Program-made: the position numbers and the translations under genes
The notes under the pieces: generated by a model
What the model saw: the letters and a program-made list of their open reading frames with translations, nothing else
Databases searched by the model: none
What the model was told of the DNA's origin: nothing
Source: Verrucomicrobium spinosum DSM 4136 = JCM 18804
GTDB lineage: Bacteria > Verrucomicrobiota > Verrucomicrobiia > Verrucomicrobiales > Verrucomicrobiaceae
Length of the DNA: 64,000 nt
Direction: 5' to 3'
NCBI RefSeq assembly: GCF_000172155.1
Contig: NZ_ABIZ01000001.1
Coordinates: 2,139,105-2,203,104 of the forward strand
Part shown: positions 47,583 through 57,385 of the stretch, piece after piece
Layout: each line of letters starts with the position of its first letter
How positions within the stretch are numbered: the stretch's first letter is position 1

Positions 47583-48296
47583 TCAGGCCGTACCCCGTGG
47601 TACCGTCAGGCGGGCAATCACATCTGCCTCATTGCGCCAGGCAGTGTAGGCATTCATCTGGCTCTGCATGTGTTTTTCAATCCAGTGGGCGATGTCCTGG
47701 GCGGCCATAACGAGTTCAGGACGTGACTGTGGAAATCTCTCGGAGGCGTCTCTCAGGAGGGAGAGGGCGGGCTCGGTGGCGAGGTTGGCTCCCAGAACTC
47801 GAAAGCGCAGCATGGCAGATGCTGCGGTGTCGGGCAGTTCGGGGCTGCGGTGCAGTTCATCCAGGGCCTGGGAGGGCATTCCGAGTTCGAGGTAACCTTC
47901 GATGACACCGGCGATGGCCAGGCTTTCGTCGAGGGGCTCAGGCTTGTCCTTGAGGATCACGCCTTGAAGTCGCTGGGTGATGGCCTTGGGGAGCTGCCCG
48001 TTCTGAACCGTGGTGGTGCTGCCTGCTTCGTCCTCGGTGGTGACCATGTAAACCCAGCCGTCGCCCTCTTTGTTCAGCCGCCACTGGTTGTAGGTCAGGA
48101 CGACGACGAGACCGATGATTGCCACGGTGGTCTCCAGGATGAAGGGCGTGGCGAAGATCGAAAACAGCATGGCCACCGCATCGCGAGTGACTTCGCGCGC
48201 GGAGGGGCTGTAGATCAGGAGGGCAGTGAACCCTGCCACGCTCAGGAACGTCCAGATCCAGGGCCAGAGATGTCGCATTGAGGTGGGGGATGACAT
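47583..48296 (-). CDS. Membrane protein, hypothetical
   Basis: Three predicted TM helices at the N-terminus. No recognisable family. Confidence 0.45.
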   Translation of the reverse strand: MSSPTSMRHLWPWIWTFLSVAGFTALLIYSPSAREVTRDAVAMLFSIFATPFILETTVAIIGLVVVLTYNQWRLNKEGDGWVYMVTTEDEAGSTTTVQNGQLPKAITQRLQGVILKDKPEPLDESLAIAGVIEGYLELGMPSQALDELHRSPELPDTAASAMLRFRVLGANLATEPALSLLRDASERFPQSRPELVMAAQDIAHWIEKHMQSQMNAYTAWRNEADVIARLTVPRGTA

Positions 48297-48351
48297 GGTG
48301 GTGCGGCGGAGCCCGTCTGCCCCGCATCCACTAATATATAAGCCTCTTGGG

Positions 48352-48999
48352 CTACTTGACCAGTTCGGCTTTTACCACCGGTGGGTCAGGGGCGACAGGG
48401 ATTGCCTTTGGGGGGCTCACTGATGGCGGGGGCACTTGGAAGGTCTGCGTCGCCGTCTGGCGGATTTCACCCGACCTGGCGGCGACGGAATCGGACGGCT
48501 CGAGGTGATCAGTCGTCGCTGGGGCAGGAGGGGGCGCTTCCCGGTTCTGCTGGAAGGCTTGGGCTACCAAATAGGAAGCACCTAAAAGAAGTGTGATGGC
48601 GCAGGCGATGGCCATGGCCTTGAGTTCGCGCCCGAGGGGGTCTCTGGCCCCAATGGCCTTGTTGAGGGGGCGACCTGGGGTGGAGGTTCGGCGGCGAGCA
48701 AACGCGGAGGGCAACACCCACTCCGGAGTCCGTCGCAACCCAGGCAGGTCCGACTTGGAGTCTGGAGGGTGTGGAGCGGCCAGCCGGGCCAATGCCTCGC
48801 CAGCATCGACCTCCAGCCGGGCCGCGTAGGCCTTGAGGGACATCCGGACGTAAGCGATGCCGCCAAAGGTCGTGTACTCGTCGTTTTCCAGATCCCTGAG
48901 ACGGGACACCGGGATACGGGTCTCATGGGCCAGATCGGCCAACGTGAGGTACTGGAGTTCCCGAGCCCTGCGAAGCTGCTGACCGAGAGTTGGGGACAT
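48352..48999 (-). CDS. Helix-turn-helix (XRE-type) domain protein with TM segment, RodZ-like architecture
   Basis: N-terminal LGQQLRRARELQYLTLADLAHETRIPVSRLRDLEND, then TM AIACAITLLLGASYLV, then a Pro-rich tail. Confidence 0.5.
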   Translation of the reverse strand: MSPTLGQQLRRARELQYLTLADLAHETRIPVSRLRDLENDEYTTFGGIAYVRMSLKAYAARLEVDAGEALARLAAPHPPDSKSDLPGLRRTPEWVLPSAFARRRTSTPGRPLNKAIGARDPLGRELKAMAIACAITLLLGASYLVAQAFQQNREAPPPAPATTDHLEPSDSVAARSGEIRQTATQTFQVPPPSVSPPKAIPVAPDPPVVKAELVK

Positions 49000-49047
49000 G
49001 GGAGGGGAGGTTCCCTTGGGTTACGCGCGACAAGGCGTACTTGGCGG

Positions 49048-51591
49048 TCAGAGTTCCACAAGAATTTCGCGGGGCTTGGCCCCTTCTCCTGGCCCGATGA
49101 TCCCACGCTCCTCCAAGATATCCATCATGCGGGCGGCCCGGGTGTAGCCGAGGCGCAGACGCCGCTGAATGAGGCTGGTGGAGGCCTTCTTTTCAGTGCT
49201 GATGACATCCAGTACTTTCTCCAGAATGGCTTCATCCTCAGGGGTGACTTCCTCCCCGCCTTCGCCGTCCATTTCGTCAAAGCTGTCCGCCAAGGTGGCC
49301 TCGAAGACTGGTTTGCCTTGGGCGCAGGCGTGATCTACAAGGTCGTGCAGCTCGTCGTCGGTCACCATGGTGCCCTGGGCACGGATGAGCTGGCTGGTCC
49401 CGGGAGGGAGGTAGAGCATATCCCCTTTGCCCACGAGGCGGTCGGCCCCTTTGCGGTCCAGAATGACGCGGCTGTCGAGCGCCGAAGCCACCTGGAAGGC
49501 AATTCGGGAGGGGACGTTGGCCTTGATGATGCCGGTGACCACGTCAGCGCGGGGCGTCTGGGTGGCGAGAATGAGGTGAATGCCGGCCGCACGGGCCTTC
49601 TGGGCGATACGGGCGATGGCCACCTCAATATCGGCGGGGGCCGTCTGCATGAGGTCTGCCAGCTCGTCCACAATCACCACGATGTAGGGCATGGAGTCTG
49701 GGATCTCGAGCTCGGGCTCCTTGCGCTTGGGCGGCTCCGAGCTGCCTGCCCAGACGGAGGCGTCCGTGGTGTCAGTGCGGAAATCTGGCTCCTCCTCCAT
49801 GGGATCGTAGTCGTCCGGCAGGACGGGCGCGGCAGCGGGAACGGGCACTGCTTTGGCCTTGTTGCCAGCACCCACCCGTGACGTGGTGCGGGGCGAGGAC
49901 TTGCGATTGTTGAAGGTCTCGAAGTTGCGGCACCCTTCCTGGGCGAAGATCTGGTACCGCTTTTCCATCTCATTCACCACCCAGCGCAGGGCCAGGAGGG
50001 CCTGCTTGGGATCGGTCACTACGGGCAGGGCGAGGTGGGGCAGGTCTTTGTAGCCCTGCATTTCCACGACCTTCGGGTCGATCATGATGAACCGGAGCTC
50101 ATCCGGCGCGAACCGGCAGAGGAGGCTGGTGATGATGCTGTTGATGCAGACGGACTTCCCTGAACCGGTGGCCCCAGCGACGAGGAGGTGCGGCATGGTC
50201 GCCAGATCGGCGATGATGGCCTTGCCGTACACGTCTTTGCCCAGTGCGAGCGGCAGTTTGGCCTTGCCCTTCTGAAACTCGTCGTCCTCCAGGAGTTCCC
50301 GGATGGGCACCACGATCTTGTCGCGGTTGGGGAGTTCGATGCCCACGGTGTCTTTGCCTGGGATGGGGGCCAGGATGTTGAGCCGCTCCGCTTTCGTGGC
50401 GCGGGCGATGTCGGCCTCCAGGTTGGCGATGCGGCTGACGCGGAGACCTTCGCTGGGATAGACCTCATAGCGCGTGATCGCAGGCCCCTTGGTGATGTCA
50501 CCCGGGGTGACATTGATCCCAAAGGTGGAAAGGGTCTTGATGATGTTGCTCTGGGTCTCGCGCAGGATGGCCTCGTCCGCAGGGGTGCGAGCCTTCACTT
50601 CCGGCCACTGCAGCAGGTCCAGCGGCGGCACCGAGTAGCCCTTGTAGCGGGCGGTGAGGCTGGCAGGCTTGGCAAAGAGCGCCCGTTCATCCTTCTGAGC
50701 CTGCCGCTTCTGCCACACCTCAGCGAGCTGTGGCTTGGCCTTGGGCTCTTTCGGGAAAGAGGAATCGATGATCTTCGGCAGAGGATGCACCTCCGGCAAT
50801 TCCAGCTGTGTGGCGGGGCCAGAGGGGAACTCCTTCTCTTCCTCATCGTCCAGCATCGCGGCGGCAGCAGCTTTCTTCCGCCCTCTGGTCTTGGCAGGCG
50901 GAGGGGCGCTAAGGGGCAGGATGGCTTCTTCTTCCGCTTCCAGACGACGGCGCTGGCGCTCGGTCCACCAGTTCACAAACGCGCGGCCCGCCATGTCCTT
51001 GCCCTGCACCAGGACCTGCACGGGGTGCATACCGGTGACAAAGATCATCCCAACAAGGTAAATCACCCCCATTACGAGAAGGGAGCCCACTTCGCCCAAA
51101 ATGCCGAGCAACAGAATGCCCGCCACCACGTGGCCGAGGCCGCCGCCCGCGCCATAGGGGGTGACACGGTGATTGTCCCACTCCCAGAAGTTCTGGAGGT
51201 ACAGGATGCCTGCTCCACAAACGATCATGAGGCAGAAGCCCACCCAGGAGCGGAGAGTGATCTTGGTATGGGAGGCCAGCTTGCAGACGCCGAACCAGGT
51301 GAGGCAGGCGGGGATGATGTAGTTCGCACCCCCGAACATCCAGAAAGTGTAGCCCGCCATCACGGCCCCCAGGCGACCGATGAGGTTGTGCGCCATGGGG
51401 GTGGCCGTATCACTCAGGGCCAGGTGACACCAAGTGGGAAGATCCGCTGGGTCATAAGAAACCAGCGCCAGAAAGTAAAAAAGGGCCGCAACGATGAACA
51501 GAAACCCGACCGACACATGCCACGTGGGGCTCTCAGCGGGCGGCTCGGTGGAGCGGCTGCGGGTCTGGCGCTGAGGGGTGCGGGCGGACAT
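49048..51591 (-). CDS. ftsK: DNA translocase FtsK
   Basis: N-terminal 4-5 TM helices, linker, motor domain with Walker A LLVAGATGSGKSV, and a C-terminal gamma winged helix. Confidence 0.9.
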   Translation of the reverse strand: MSARTPQRQTRSRSTEPPAESPTWHVSVGFLFIVAALFYFLALVSYDPADLPTWCHLALSDTATPMAHNLIGRLGAVMAGYTFWMFGGANYIIPACLTWFGVCKLASHTKITLRSWVGFCLMIVCGAGILYLQNFWEWDNHRVTPYGAGGGLGHVVAGILLLGILGEVGSLLVMGVIYLVGMIFVTGMHPVQVLVQGKDMAGRAFVNWWTERQRRRLEAEEEAILPLSAPPPAKTRGRKKAAAAAMLDDEEEKEFPSGPATQLELPEVHPLPKIIDSSFPKEPKAKPQLAEVWQKRQAQKDERALFAKPASLTARYKGYSVPPLDLLQWPEVKARTPADEAILRETQSNIIKTLSTFGINVTPGDITKGPAITRYEVYPSEGLRVSRIANLEADIARATKAERLNILAPIPGKDTVGIELPNRDKIVVPIRELLEDDEFQKGKAKLPLALGKDVYGKAIIADLATMPHLLVAGATGSGKSVCINSIITSLLCRFAPDELRFIMIDPKVVEMQGYKDLPHLALPVVTDPKQALLALRWVVNEMEKRYQIFAQEGCRNFETFNNRKSSPRTTSRVGAGNKAKAVPVPAAAPVLPDDYDPMEEEPDFRTDTTDASVWAGSSEPPKRKEPELEIPDSMPYIVVIVDELADLMQTAPADIEVAIARIAQKARAAGIHLILATQTPRADVVTGIIKANVPSRIAFQVASALDSRVILDRKGADRLVGKGDMLYLPPGTSQLIRAQGTMVTDDELHDLVDHACAQGKPVFEATLADSFDEMDGEGGEEVTPEDEAILEKVLDVISTEKKASTSLIQRRLRLGYTRAARMMDILEERGIIGPGEGAKPREILVEL

Positions 51592-51787
51592 GGGCGGGGC
51601 AGGGGACCAGGAAAGCAGCGGTTCCGGTGAAAATTAGCGGTGAATTCTAAACGATCAATCTTAGTAGAATTTCCGGAGTTATTCAAGGGGGGAGCTAAAA
51701 CGAGTCGAAACTAGCTGGCCACCGACAAATCCGAACGACGGCCGGGAAGGGGGTTGACCCCTCCCAAAGACCCGGTAACCGTATTGA

Positions 51788-52759
51788 ATGATCGCGTCCC
51801 ATGAACTTTCCGTTTTGCAGTTCGCGCCGATTTATCAGGAACGGGTGTGGGGGGGGCGGAATCTTGAGCGCCTCTATGGCCGCCACCTTCCTGAGGCGGG
51901 CCCTCCCTACGGAGAAAGCTGGGAAATTTGTGATCGGGAAGAGGCTCAGAGTGTGGTGACCGCAGGTCCTCTGCAAGGGTGGAGCCTGCATGATCTCTGG
52001 ACGCAAGCCCGGAATGAAGTCTTCGGCTTTGCCTATGCCGGGCATTCCTCGCCGCGGTTTCCGCTGCTGATCAAGATTCTGGATGCCCAGGAGGATCTCT
52101 CCATGCAGGTGCACCCAGATGATGCTTCCGCGGCCGGGGTGGGTGGGGAGGCCAAGAGCGAGGCATGGTACGTGACTCACACCCAGCCGGGTGCCACCCT
52201 GTATGCGGGCATGCGTCCCGGCACCACCTCAGAGATATTTAGGCAGGCCATGGTGGAGGGTTCGGTTGCTGAGCATGCGCTCTCGCTGAAGGTCGCCCCT
52301 GGGGATTGCCTGGCGGTCCCGGGCGGCACGCTGCACGCCATTGGAGCTGGGGTCGTTATTTTTGAGATTCAGCAGAACAGCGACACGACCTACCGGGTGT
52401 TTGACTGGAATCGCTTGGGGCTGGATGGCAAGCCCCGCGCCCTCCATCAAGAGGAGGCCATGAAGGTGCTCCATTTTGACGCTGAGCCGCCTGATCTTCA
52501 GAAACCGCAAGGGGGCCGCCTGCTGGACTGGCCCTACTTTAAGATCGACCGCTGGGAGATGACCAAGTTCGAAGGGCGCTCCGTGATCGGCCGTTCCCGT
52601 TTCAAGATCGGGGCGGTGGTGGATGGGGAGATTTCCTGGCGCAAGGGGAATACCATGAAGGCAGGGGACTTCTTCCTGGTGCCTGCCTGCCTCGGGGACG
52701 AACAACGACAATTCAAATGCACCAGTGCGCGGGCGACGTTGTTGTGGATCTCCCTCTGA
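51788..52759 (+). CDS. manA: Mannose-6-phosphate isomerase, class I (cupin)
   Basis: QFAPIYQERVWGG…FPLLIKILDAQEDLSMQVHPDD…EAWYV…GDCLAVPGGTLHAIGAG. Confidence 0.75.
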   Translation: MIASHELSVLQFAPIYQERVWGGRNLERLYGRHLPEAGPPYGESWEICDREEAQSVVTAGPLQGWSLHDLWTQARNEVFGFAYAGHSSPRFPLLIKILDAQEDLSMQVHPDDASAAGVGGEAKSEAWYVTHTQPGATLYAGMRPGTTSEIFRQAMVEGSVAEHALSLKVAPGDCLAVPGGTLHAIGAGVVIFEIQQNSDTTYRVFDWNRLGLDGKPRALHQEEAMKVLHFDAEPPDLQKPQGGRLLDWPYFKIDRWEMTKFEGRSVIGRSRFKIGAVVDGEISWRKGNTMKAGDFFLVPACLGDEQRQFKCTSARATLLWISL

Positions 52760-52985
52760 GTGGGATTGCCCATCGGAGAGTGGAACCGCGAAGCCAAACC
52801 CAGCAGCGCAAGGTGCTTTGTTCCGGCAGTCTTGATGATGCAGGGCAGGCTGCCCACTTGATCCCTGTGTTCCTGACCGGGTGCCACCCGCGAGGGGAAT
52901 TTGTCCGGGATTGTGGTTGAGTGGTCCTCTTTTGCTTGACCGGGTTGGTACTGCGTGATGAATTTCGGGGAACACTTGATTTTTC

Positions 52986-53432
52986 ATGAAGAAACCAGCC
53001 ATTATCTTGTTCGCCGCCAGTGCTTTTGGCGGGCTCGCCCTGCTTGCCCAAACTCCCGCTGCACCCGCCGGGGGGAAGGTGGACTTCGAAAAGGAGATCT
53101 ACCCGATCTTCAAGACGAAGTGCCTGAAGTGCCATGAGACTGAGCACACGGATGCCACGGGCAAGCTGAAGAAGCCCAAGGGTGGTCTGATTATGGACAC
53201 AGTGGAAGGCTTGAAAAAGGGTGGCAAGGAGTCCGGGGAGAAGACCCTTGTGGCAGGCAAGGCCGCCGAGAGCGAGCTCTACAAGGTGACGACGCTGCCC
53301 GTCAGCGACGAGATGGCCATGCCCCCAGAGGGCAAGGGCGACCCGCTCACCGATGCAGAAAAAGAACTGCTGAAGAAGTGGATCGACCAGGGTGCTGATT
53401 TTGGTGCCTGGAAGGGTGCTCCGGCCAAGTAA
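52986..53432 (+). CDS. Secreted c-type cytochrome domain protein (PSCyt1-like)
   Basis: Signal peptide. CLKCHETEH heme-binding motif. Lys/Glu-rich. Confidence 0.7.
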   Translation: MKKPAIILFAASAFGGLALLAQTPAAPAGGKVDFEKEIYPIFKTKCLKCHETEHTDATGKLKKPKGGLIMDTVEGLKKGGKESGEKTLVAGKAAESELYKVTTLPVSDEMAMPPEGKGDPLTDAEKELLKKWIDQGADFGAWKGAPAK

Positions 53433-53462
53433 TTTTTGGAACGACTCCAAGTATTTTAAGCT

Positions 53463-53500
53463 GCCCGGTCTCTGGAAACGGAGCCGGGCAGTTCTTTTTT
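53463..53500 (+). terminator. Rho-independent terminator
   Basis: GCCCGGtCTCtggaaacGGAGCCGGGC followed by agttcttttttgggtt. Confidence 0.6.
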
Positions 53501-53615
53501 GGGTTCCCGGGATACGTGAAAGAAAACCAGCATTCGTCTCACAAATGCCTTGCGCCTGCCCCGCACCAGGTTAACCTCCCGACCCTCTTTTTAACGGCAA
53601 ACCTTTTACTCAGCC

Positions 53616-53774
53616 ATGTCCCAGCATCGTAGTCTCAAGTCTTCCGGTGGTTCCGTCGGCACCAAGCGCAGCGTCCTCAAGCGTGGCGAACGTATCAAGC
53701 TGATGAAAGCCCGTGGCCAGTGGAATGAAGGCCGCAGCCTTTACAACCTGCCCAAGACCAAGCCGGAAGCTTAA
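53616..53774 (+). CDS. Small basic protein (52 aa), hypothetical; not in the ORF track because it is under 60 aa
   Basis: ATG…TAA ORF: MSQHRSLKSSGGSVGTKRSVLKRGERIKLMKARGQWNEGRSLYNLPKTKPEA. 9 bp upstream of the pseudouridine synthase gene, same strand, preceded by a 115-bp untranslated region. Confidence 0.4.
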   Translation: MSQHRSLKSSGGSVGTKRSVLKRGERIKLMKARGQWNEGRSLYNLPKTKPEA

Positions 53775-53783
53775 TCCCGCCGA

Positions 53784-54881
53784 GTGCGTCTTAATCGCTA
53801 TCTCAGTTCCTGCGGTCTTGGTTCTCGCCGAGGCTGCGAGCAGTTGGTTCGCGATGGCAGAGTCATCCTGAACGGGAAGATCTGCACCAATTTGTCCACC
53901 ACGGTCACGGACTCCGATGACGTCGTGGTGGATGGAAACAAGGTCCGCCCTCACAAAGGGGTCGTGATTGTGCTGCACAAGCCGAGAGGTCTGGTGTGCA
54001 GCCGCCGCGATGAACGAGACCGCGACACGATTTACAGCCTTCTCCCAGAGAAGTTTCATACCCTGCATCACGTAGGGCGTCTGGACAAGGAGAGCGAAGG
54101 CCTCCTGCTCATGACCAACCGCGGGGAAGTCTCCCAGCGGCTCCTGCACCCCAGCCAGGGCGTGGAGAAGGAGTACGAAGTGATCCTTGAGACTCGCTTC
54201 GACCCTGAGAACCTCACCCGGCTCACCAAGGGATTCCACACCGAAGACGGTTATGCCAAGGCGGAACGTGCCTGGATGATCGGCGACTACAAGATCGGCA
54301 TGGTGCTGAAGCAGGGGCTCAAGCGACAGATTCGCATGATGCTCTATTTCCTCGGCTACGAGGTGAAGCGCCTCGTGCGAGTGCGCATCGGCAATCTGGC
54401 CATCAAAGGCATCCTCGAAGGCAACTGGAAGGAGCTCAGTGACAAGGATGTGGACAAGATGCTCCTCAATCCGCTGGCCAAAGACCGGCCGAAGATGAGC
54501 AAGCCGAAAACGGCCTCCGTCCGCAAAAGCCTGGAGATTCACCGCCAGAAGGAAGCCAAGCGCAGCAGCCGAAAGACTGGTGCGCGGAAGCGGACTGGCG
54601 GCACGAGCCCGGCCTCTGGGGCGGGTGCGGGTAGCAGCTTCGGTGGTGATCGTGGCCAAAGTGCTGGCGAAGGCGCTGCGCGTGGCCCTCGTGGTGGGAG
54701 TATCCGTGGTCGTGAACGTGATGGAGGTTCCAAAGGTTCCAGGGGTCCCAAAAGTGAAAGCGGCCCAAGAAGTGGCAGCAGTCCCAGGGGCGGTCGTGAC
54801 GGTGACAGCAGCGGCCGTGGCGGCAAAAGCGGTGGCACCGGCCCGACCGGGCGTCGTCGTTCGCCCCGGCGTGAGGTCTGA
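53784..54881 (+). CDS. Pseudouridine synthase, RsuA/RluB family (S4 domain + catalytic domain) with Arg/Gly/Ser-rich C-terminal tail
   Basis: MRLNRYLSSCGLGSRRGCEQLVRDGRVILNGK (S4). HHVGRLDKESEGLLLMTN (catalytic Asp). GTG start. Confidence 0.85.
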   Translation: MRLNRYLSSCGLGSRRGCEQLVRDGRVILNGKICTNLSTTVTDSDDVVVDGNKVRPHKGVVIVLHKPRGLVCSRRDERDRDTIYSLLPEKFHTLHHVGRLDKESEGLLLMTNRGEVSQRLLHPSQGVEKEYEVILETRFDPENLTRLTKGFHTEDGYAKAERAWMIGDYKIGMVLKQGLKRQIRMMLYFLGYEVKRLVRVRIGNLAIKGILEGNWKELSDKDVDKMLLNPLAKDRPKMSKPKTASVRKSLEIHRQKEAKRSSRKTGARKRTGGTSPASGAGAGSSFGGDRGQSAGEGAARGPRGGSIRGRERDGGSKGSRGPKSESGPRSGSSPRGGRDGDSSGRGGKSGGTGPTGRRRSPRREV

Positions 54882-54923
54882 TTTTTTTTCCGGCAAAGTT
54901 GTCGGAAATGGAGAAGTTGATGC

Positions 54924-55424
54924 ATGAGTTCCCTCGTGCCCTTTGATGCCCTATGGAAGCGGGTGATTGCGGAATGCGCGCCCAAGTGGATGTCAGTCCA
55001 CGGGCCGGATCACTGGCGGCGGGTGGAGCGGAACGCGCTGATTCTTACCACCCAGACCGGGGCGGACGTTGATGTCGTGCGGCTGTTCGCCTTGTTCCAC
55101 GATTCCCAACGGCTGAATGATGGCTTTGATCTGGAGCATGGTCCCCGGGCGGCGGTGTATGTCCGCAGTCTGCGGGGGCCTGCGTTTGAGCTTCCGGACG
55201 AGGCTTTTGAGAAGCTGGTGTATGCCTGTGAATGGCATACGACGGGATTGCATCATGTGGATCCCACGATCGCGACCTGCTGGGACGCGGATCGCCTGGA
55301 CCTGGGCCGGGTGAGTATCATCCCCAATGAGAAATTCATGAGCACAGCATTCGGGAAGGAGATAGCCAGGTATGGCTCGTTGCAGCCTTGGGCGCATCTG
55401 GCACCTCCGATCTTTGGATCGTAG
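54924..55424 (+). CDS. HD-domain-like metal-dependent phosphohydrolase (tentative)
   Basis: HGPDHWRRVERNA … FALFHDSQR … WDADRLDLG fit the H…HD…D spacing. Confidence 0.45.
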   Translation: MSSLVPFDALWKRVIAECAPKWMSVHGPDHWRRVERNALILTTQTGADVDVVRLFALFHDSQRLNDGFDLEHGPRAAVYVRSLRGPAFELPDEAFEKLVYACEWHTTGLHHVDPTIATCWDADRLDLGRVSIIPNEKFMSTAFGKEIARYGSLQPWAHLAPPIFGS

Positions 55425-55485
55425 TCCCAAGTTCCTCTTTTCCCAATCTGGGGCTTTAGCTCGTCAGGATGACCGAGGCCCGCGA

Positions 55486-56523
55486 TCACTCTGCCTGGCG
55501 TAGTGTCGAGCCGTGTGTCTCTCTCTGGCCAGCAAGCCTTACCGCCAGCTTGACCGCGTGGCTCATGCTGCCCGCGTTGGCCTTACCCTGCCAGGCGATG
55601 TCCAGGGCGGTGCCGTGGTCCACGCTGGTGCGGATGACTGGCAGACCGAGGGTCGTGTTGACGGCGTTGTCAAAGGCCAGTGCCTTGACGGGGATGTGCC
55701 CCTGGTCGTGATACATGCAGACGAAGGCGTCGGTGCTGCGACGTTTCCACGGGAGGAAGGCGGTATCAGGAGGCAACGGCCCCTCGACATCCAGACCCTG
55801 GGCGCGGGCGGCTTCGATGGCGGGGATGATGATGCGCTCTTCCTCACGGTTGCCAAAGAGGCCGTGCTCCCCGGCGTGAGGGTTCAAGCCACAGACCACG
55901 ATCTTAGGGGCGCGACCCCGGATCTTCTGAAGCGCTTCCGCCGTGAGTTCGATCACCTCCAGAATACGCTTGAGGGTGAGCAGCGCGGGCACCTCCGCGT
56001 ACCCGCAATGCACGGTGACAAAGGTGCAGGTAATTTCCTCAGAGTACTGCATCATGCACCACCGGTCGGAGGATGTGCGGGAGGCGAAGATTTCCGTGTG
56101 ACCGGGGAAATGGATGCCGGCCATGTGCATGGCCTCCTTGTTCAGCGGGCCCGTGGCCACGGCAGCGACCTCACCAGCCAGGGCGGCATCGATGGCTAGG
56201 TTCACATACCCATAGGCGGCAGCTCCAGTGTGAGCACCGATGATGCCAGGTGTCACCGAGGATGGGTTCACTTCGCCGAGGTCCAGGATCGCGGGAGTAT
56301 CCAACGTGGTGTGCGCCTGTGACCACGCATCCCTTGGGATCAATCTGGCTGGGATGGGGAATCCTGTGGCCTTGGAAACTCTCTCCAAAATGGCAGCACT
56401 GCCGAAGATGACCGGGGAGCACTGGGAGGTGACTTCCTCATTGGCGAGCAGTTGCAGGCTGACCTCCGGACCGACGCCGGCGGGGTCGCCCATGGTGATG
56501 GCGATGATGGGTTTTCTGGACAT
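55486..56523 (-). CDS. pdxA: 4-hydroxythreonine-4-phosphate dehydrogenase
   Basis: Start at MSRKPIIAITMGDPAGVGPEV. GPLNKEAM…HTEIF…GLNPHAGEHG…MYHDQG. Confidence 0.85.
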   Translation of the reverse strand: MSRKPIIAITMGDPAGVGPEVSLQLLANEEVTSQCSPVIFGSAAILERVSKATGFPIPARLIPRDAWSQAHTTLDTPAILDLGEVNPSSVTPGIIGAHTGAAAYGYVNLAIDAALAGEVAAVATGPLNKEAMHMAGIHFPGHTEIFASRTSSDRWCMMQYSEEITCTFVTVHCGYAEVPALLTLKRILEVIELTAEALQKIRGRAPKIVVCGLNPHAGEHGLFGNREEERIIIPAIEAARAQGLDVEGPLPPDTAFLPWKRRSTDAFVCMYHDQGHIPVKALAFDNAVNTTLGLPVIRTSVDHGTALDIAWQGKANAGSMSHAVKLAVRLAGQRETHGSTLRQAE

Positions 56524-56636
56524 GAGCGGGGAGTGCGTCGGCACCAGTACACTCCATGGCAGGGGGCGCGCAAGGGAGGCCATGCTGCTCCTTGTCACAG
56601 GGGGGAATCTGCGTCAGGCTCAAGCAACCTTTTCCT

Positions 56637-57125
56637 ATGCCCACTCTGAGACTTGCCCGGCGCGACGACCTCGGTGCCATCAACGACATCTACAACCACT
56701 ACGTGCTGCACTCAACGTGCACCTATCAGACCGAGCCCTCCACGCTGGAAGAGCGGCAGGCCTGGTTTGAGGTGCACGGCGTTCGTCATCCGGTGACGGT
56801 GTTGGAGGAAGAGGGCCGGGTCATTGGCTGGGGTGCCTTGAATAAGTTTCACCCCCGGGCAGCGTATGGGCACACGGTGGAAAATTCCGTCTATCTGCAT
56901 CACGATCAGCAGGGGCGCGGGTTGGGGAGTGTATTGCTGGCGGACTTGATGGATCGGGCAGCGCAACTGGGGCACCACGTGGTCATTGCGGTCATTGATG
57001 CCAGCCAGGCTCCCAGCGTGGGACTGCATGCCAAGTTTGGCTTTGTGCAATGTGGCCATTTTCGTGAGGTCGGGTTCAAGTTCGGCCAGTGGCTGGATGT
57101 GGTCTATATGCAGAAGGTGATTTAG
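56637..57125 (+). CDS. GNAT family N-acetyltransferase
   Basis: MPTLRLARRDDLGAINDIYNHYV…QGRGLGSVLL… acetyl-CoA-binding motif. Confidence 0.75.
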   Translation: MPTLRLARRDDLGAINDIYNHYVLHSTCTYQTEPSTLEERQAWFEVHGVRHPVTVLEEEGRVIGWGALNKFHPRAAYGHTVENSVYLHHDQQGRGLGSVLLADLMDRAAQLGHHVVIAVIDASQAPSVGLHAKFGFVQCGHFREVGFKFGQWLDVVYMQKVI

Positions 57126-57146
57126 GTGGGGGGGGCGGGAGCGGGA

Positions 57147-57226
57147 GTGATGGAGTGATGGAGTGATGGAGTGATGGAGTGATGGAGTGATGGAGTGATG
57201 GAGTGATGGAGTGATGGAGTGATGGA
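57147..57226. repeat. Octamer microsatellite (GTGATGGA)x10, 22 bp after the GNAT stop
   Basis: 10 perfect units read directly. Confidence 0.95.
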
Positions 57227-57356
57227 GTGGGCTTCTGGGAAGCTTGGGGAGCGCACGCATCTTGCGTGCTGTTCTCGGCATCTTGCCGGGAACGTCAGTC
57301 AGGGCGTTGTCGCGAAATGCACGTCCATATGGGAATGTGTCGTCGCTGCTGGAAAT

Positions 57357-57385
57357 GGTAGAAGAGCCGTCCCGGCTCTTGGCTT
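57357..57385. repeat. Solo REP (same family as the RAYT-flanking arrays)
   Basis: gGTAGAAGAGCCGTCCCGGCTCTTGG is identical to the array consensus, including GTAG. Confidence 0.65.

Noticed and set aside
53610-54896. 428-aa minus-strand ORF
   Set aside because: Antisense to a well-supported RluB/RsuA-family pseudouridine synthase (S4 domain, catalytic HVGRLD). The ORF is a high-GC, low-complexity (Ala/Gly/Thr-rich) mirror.
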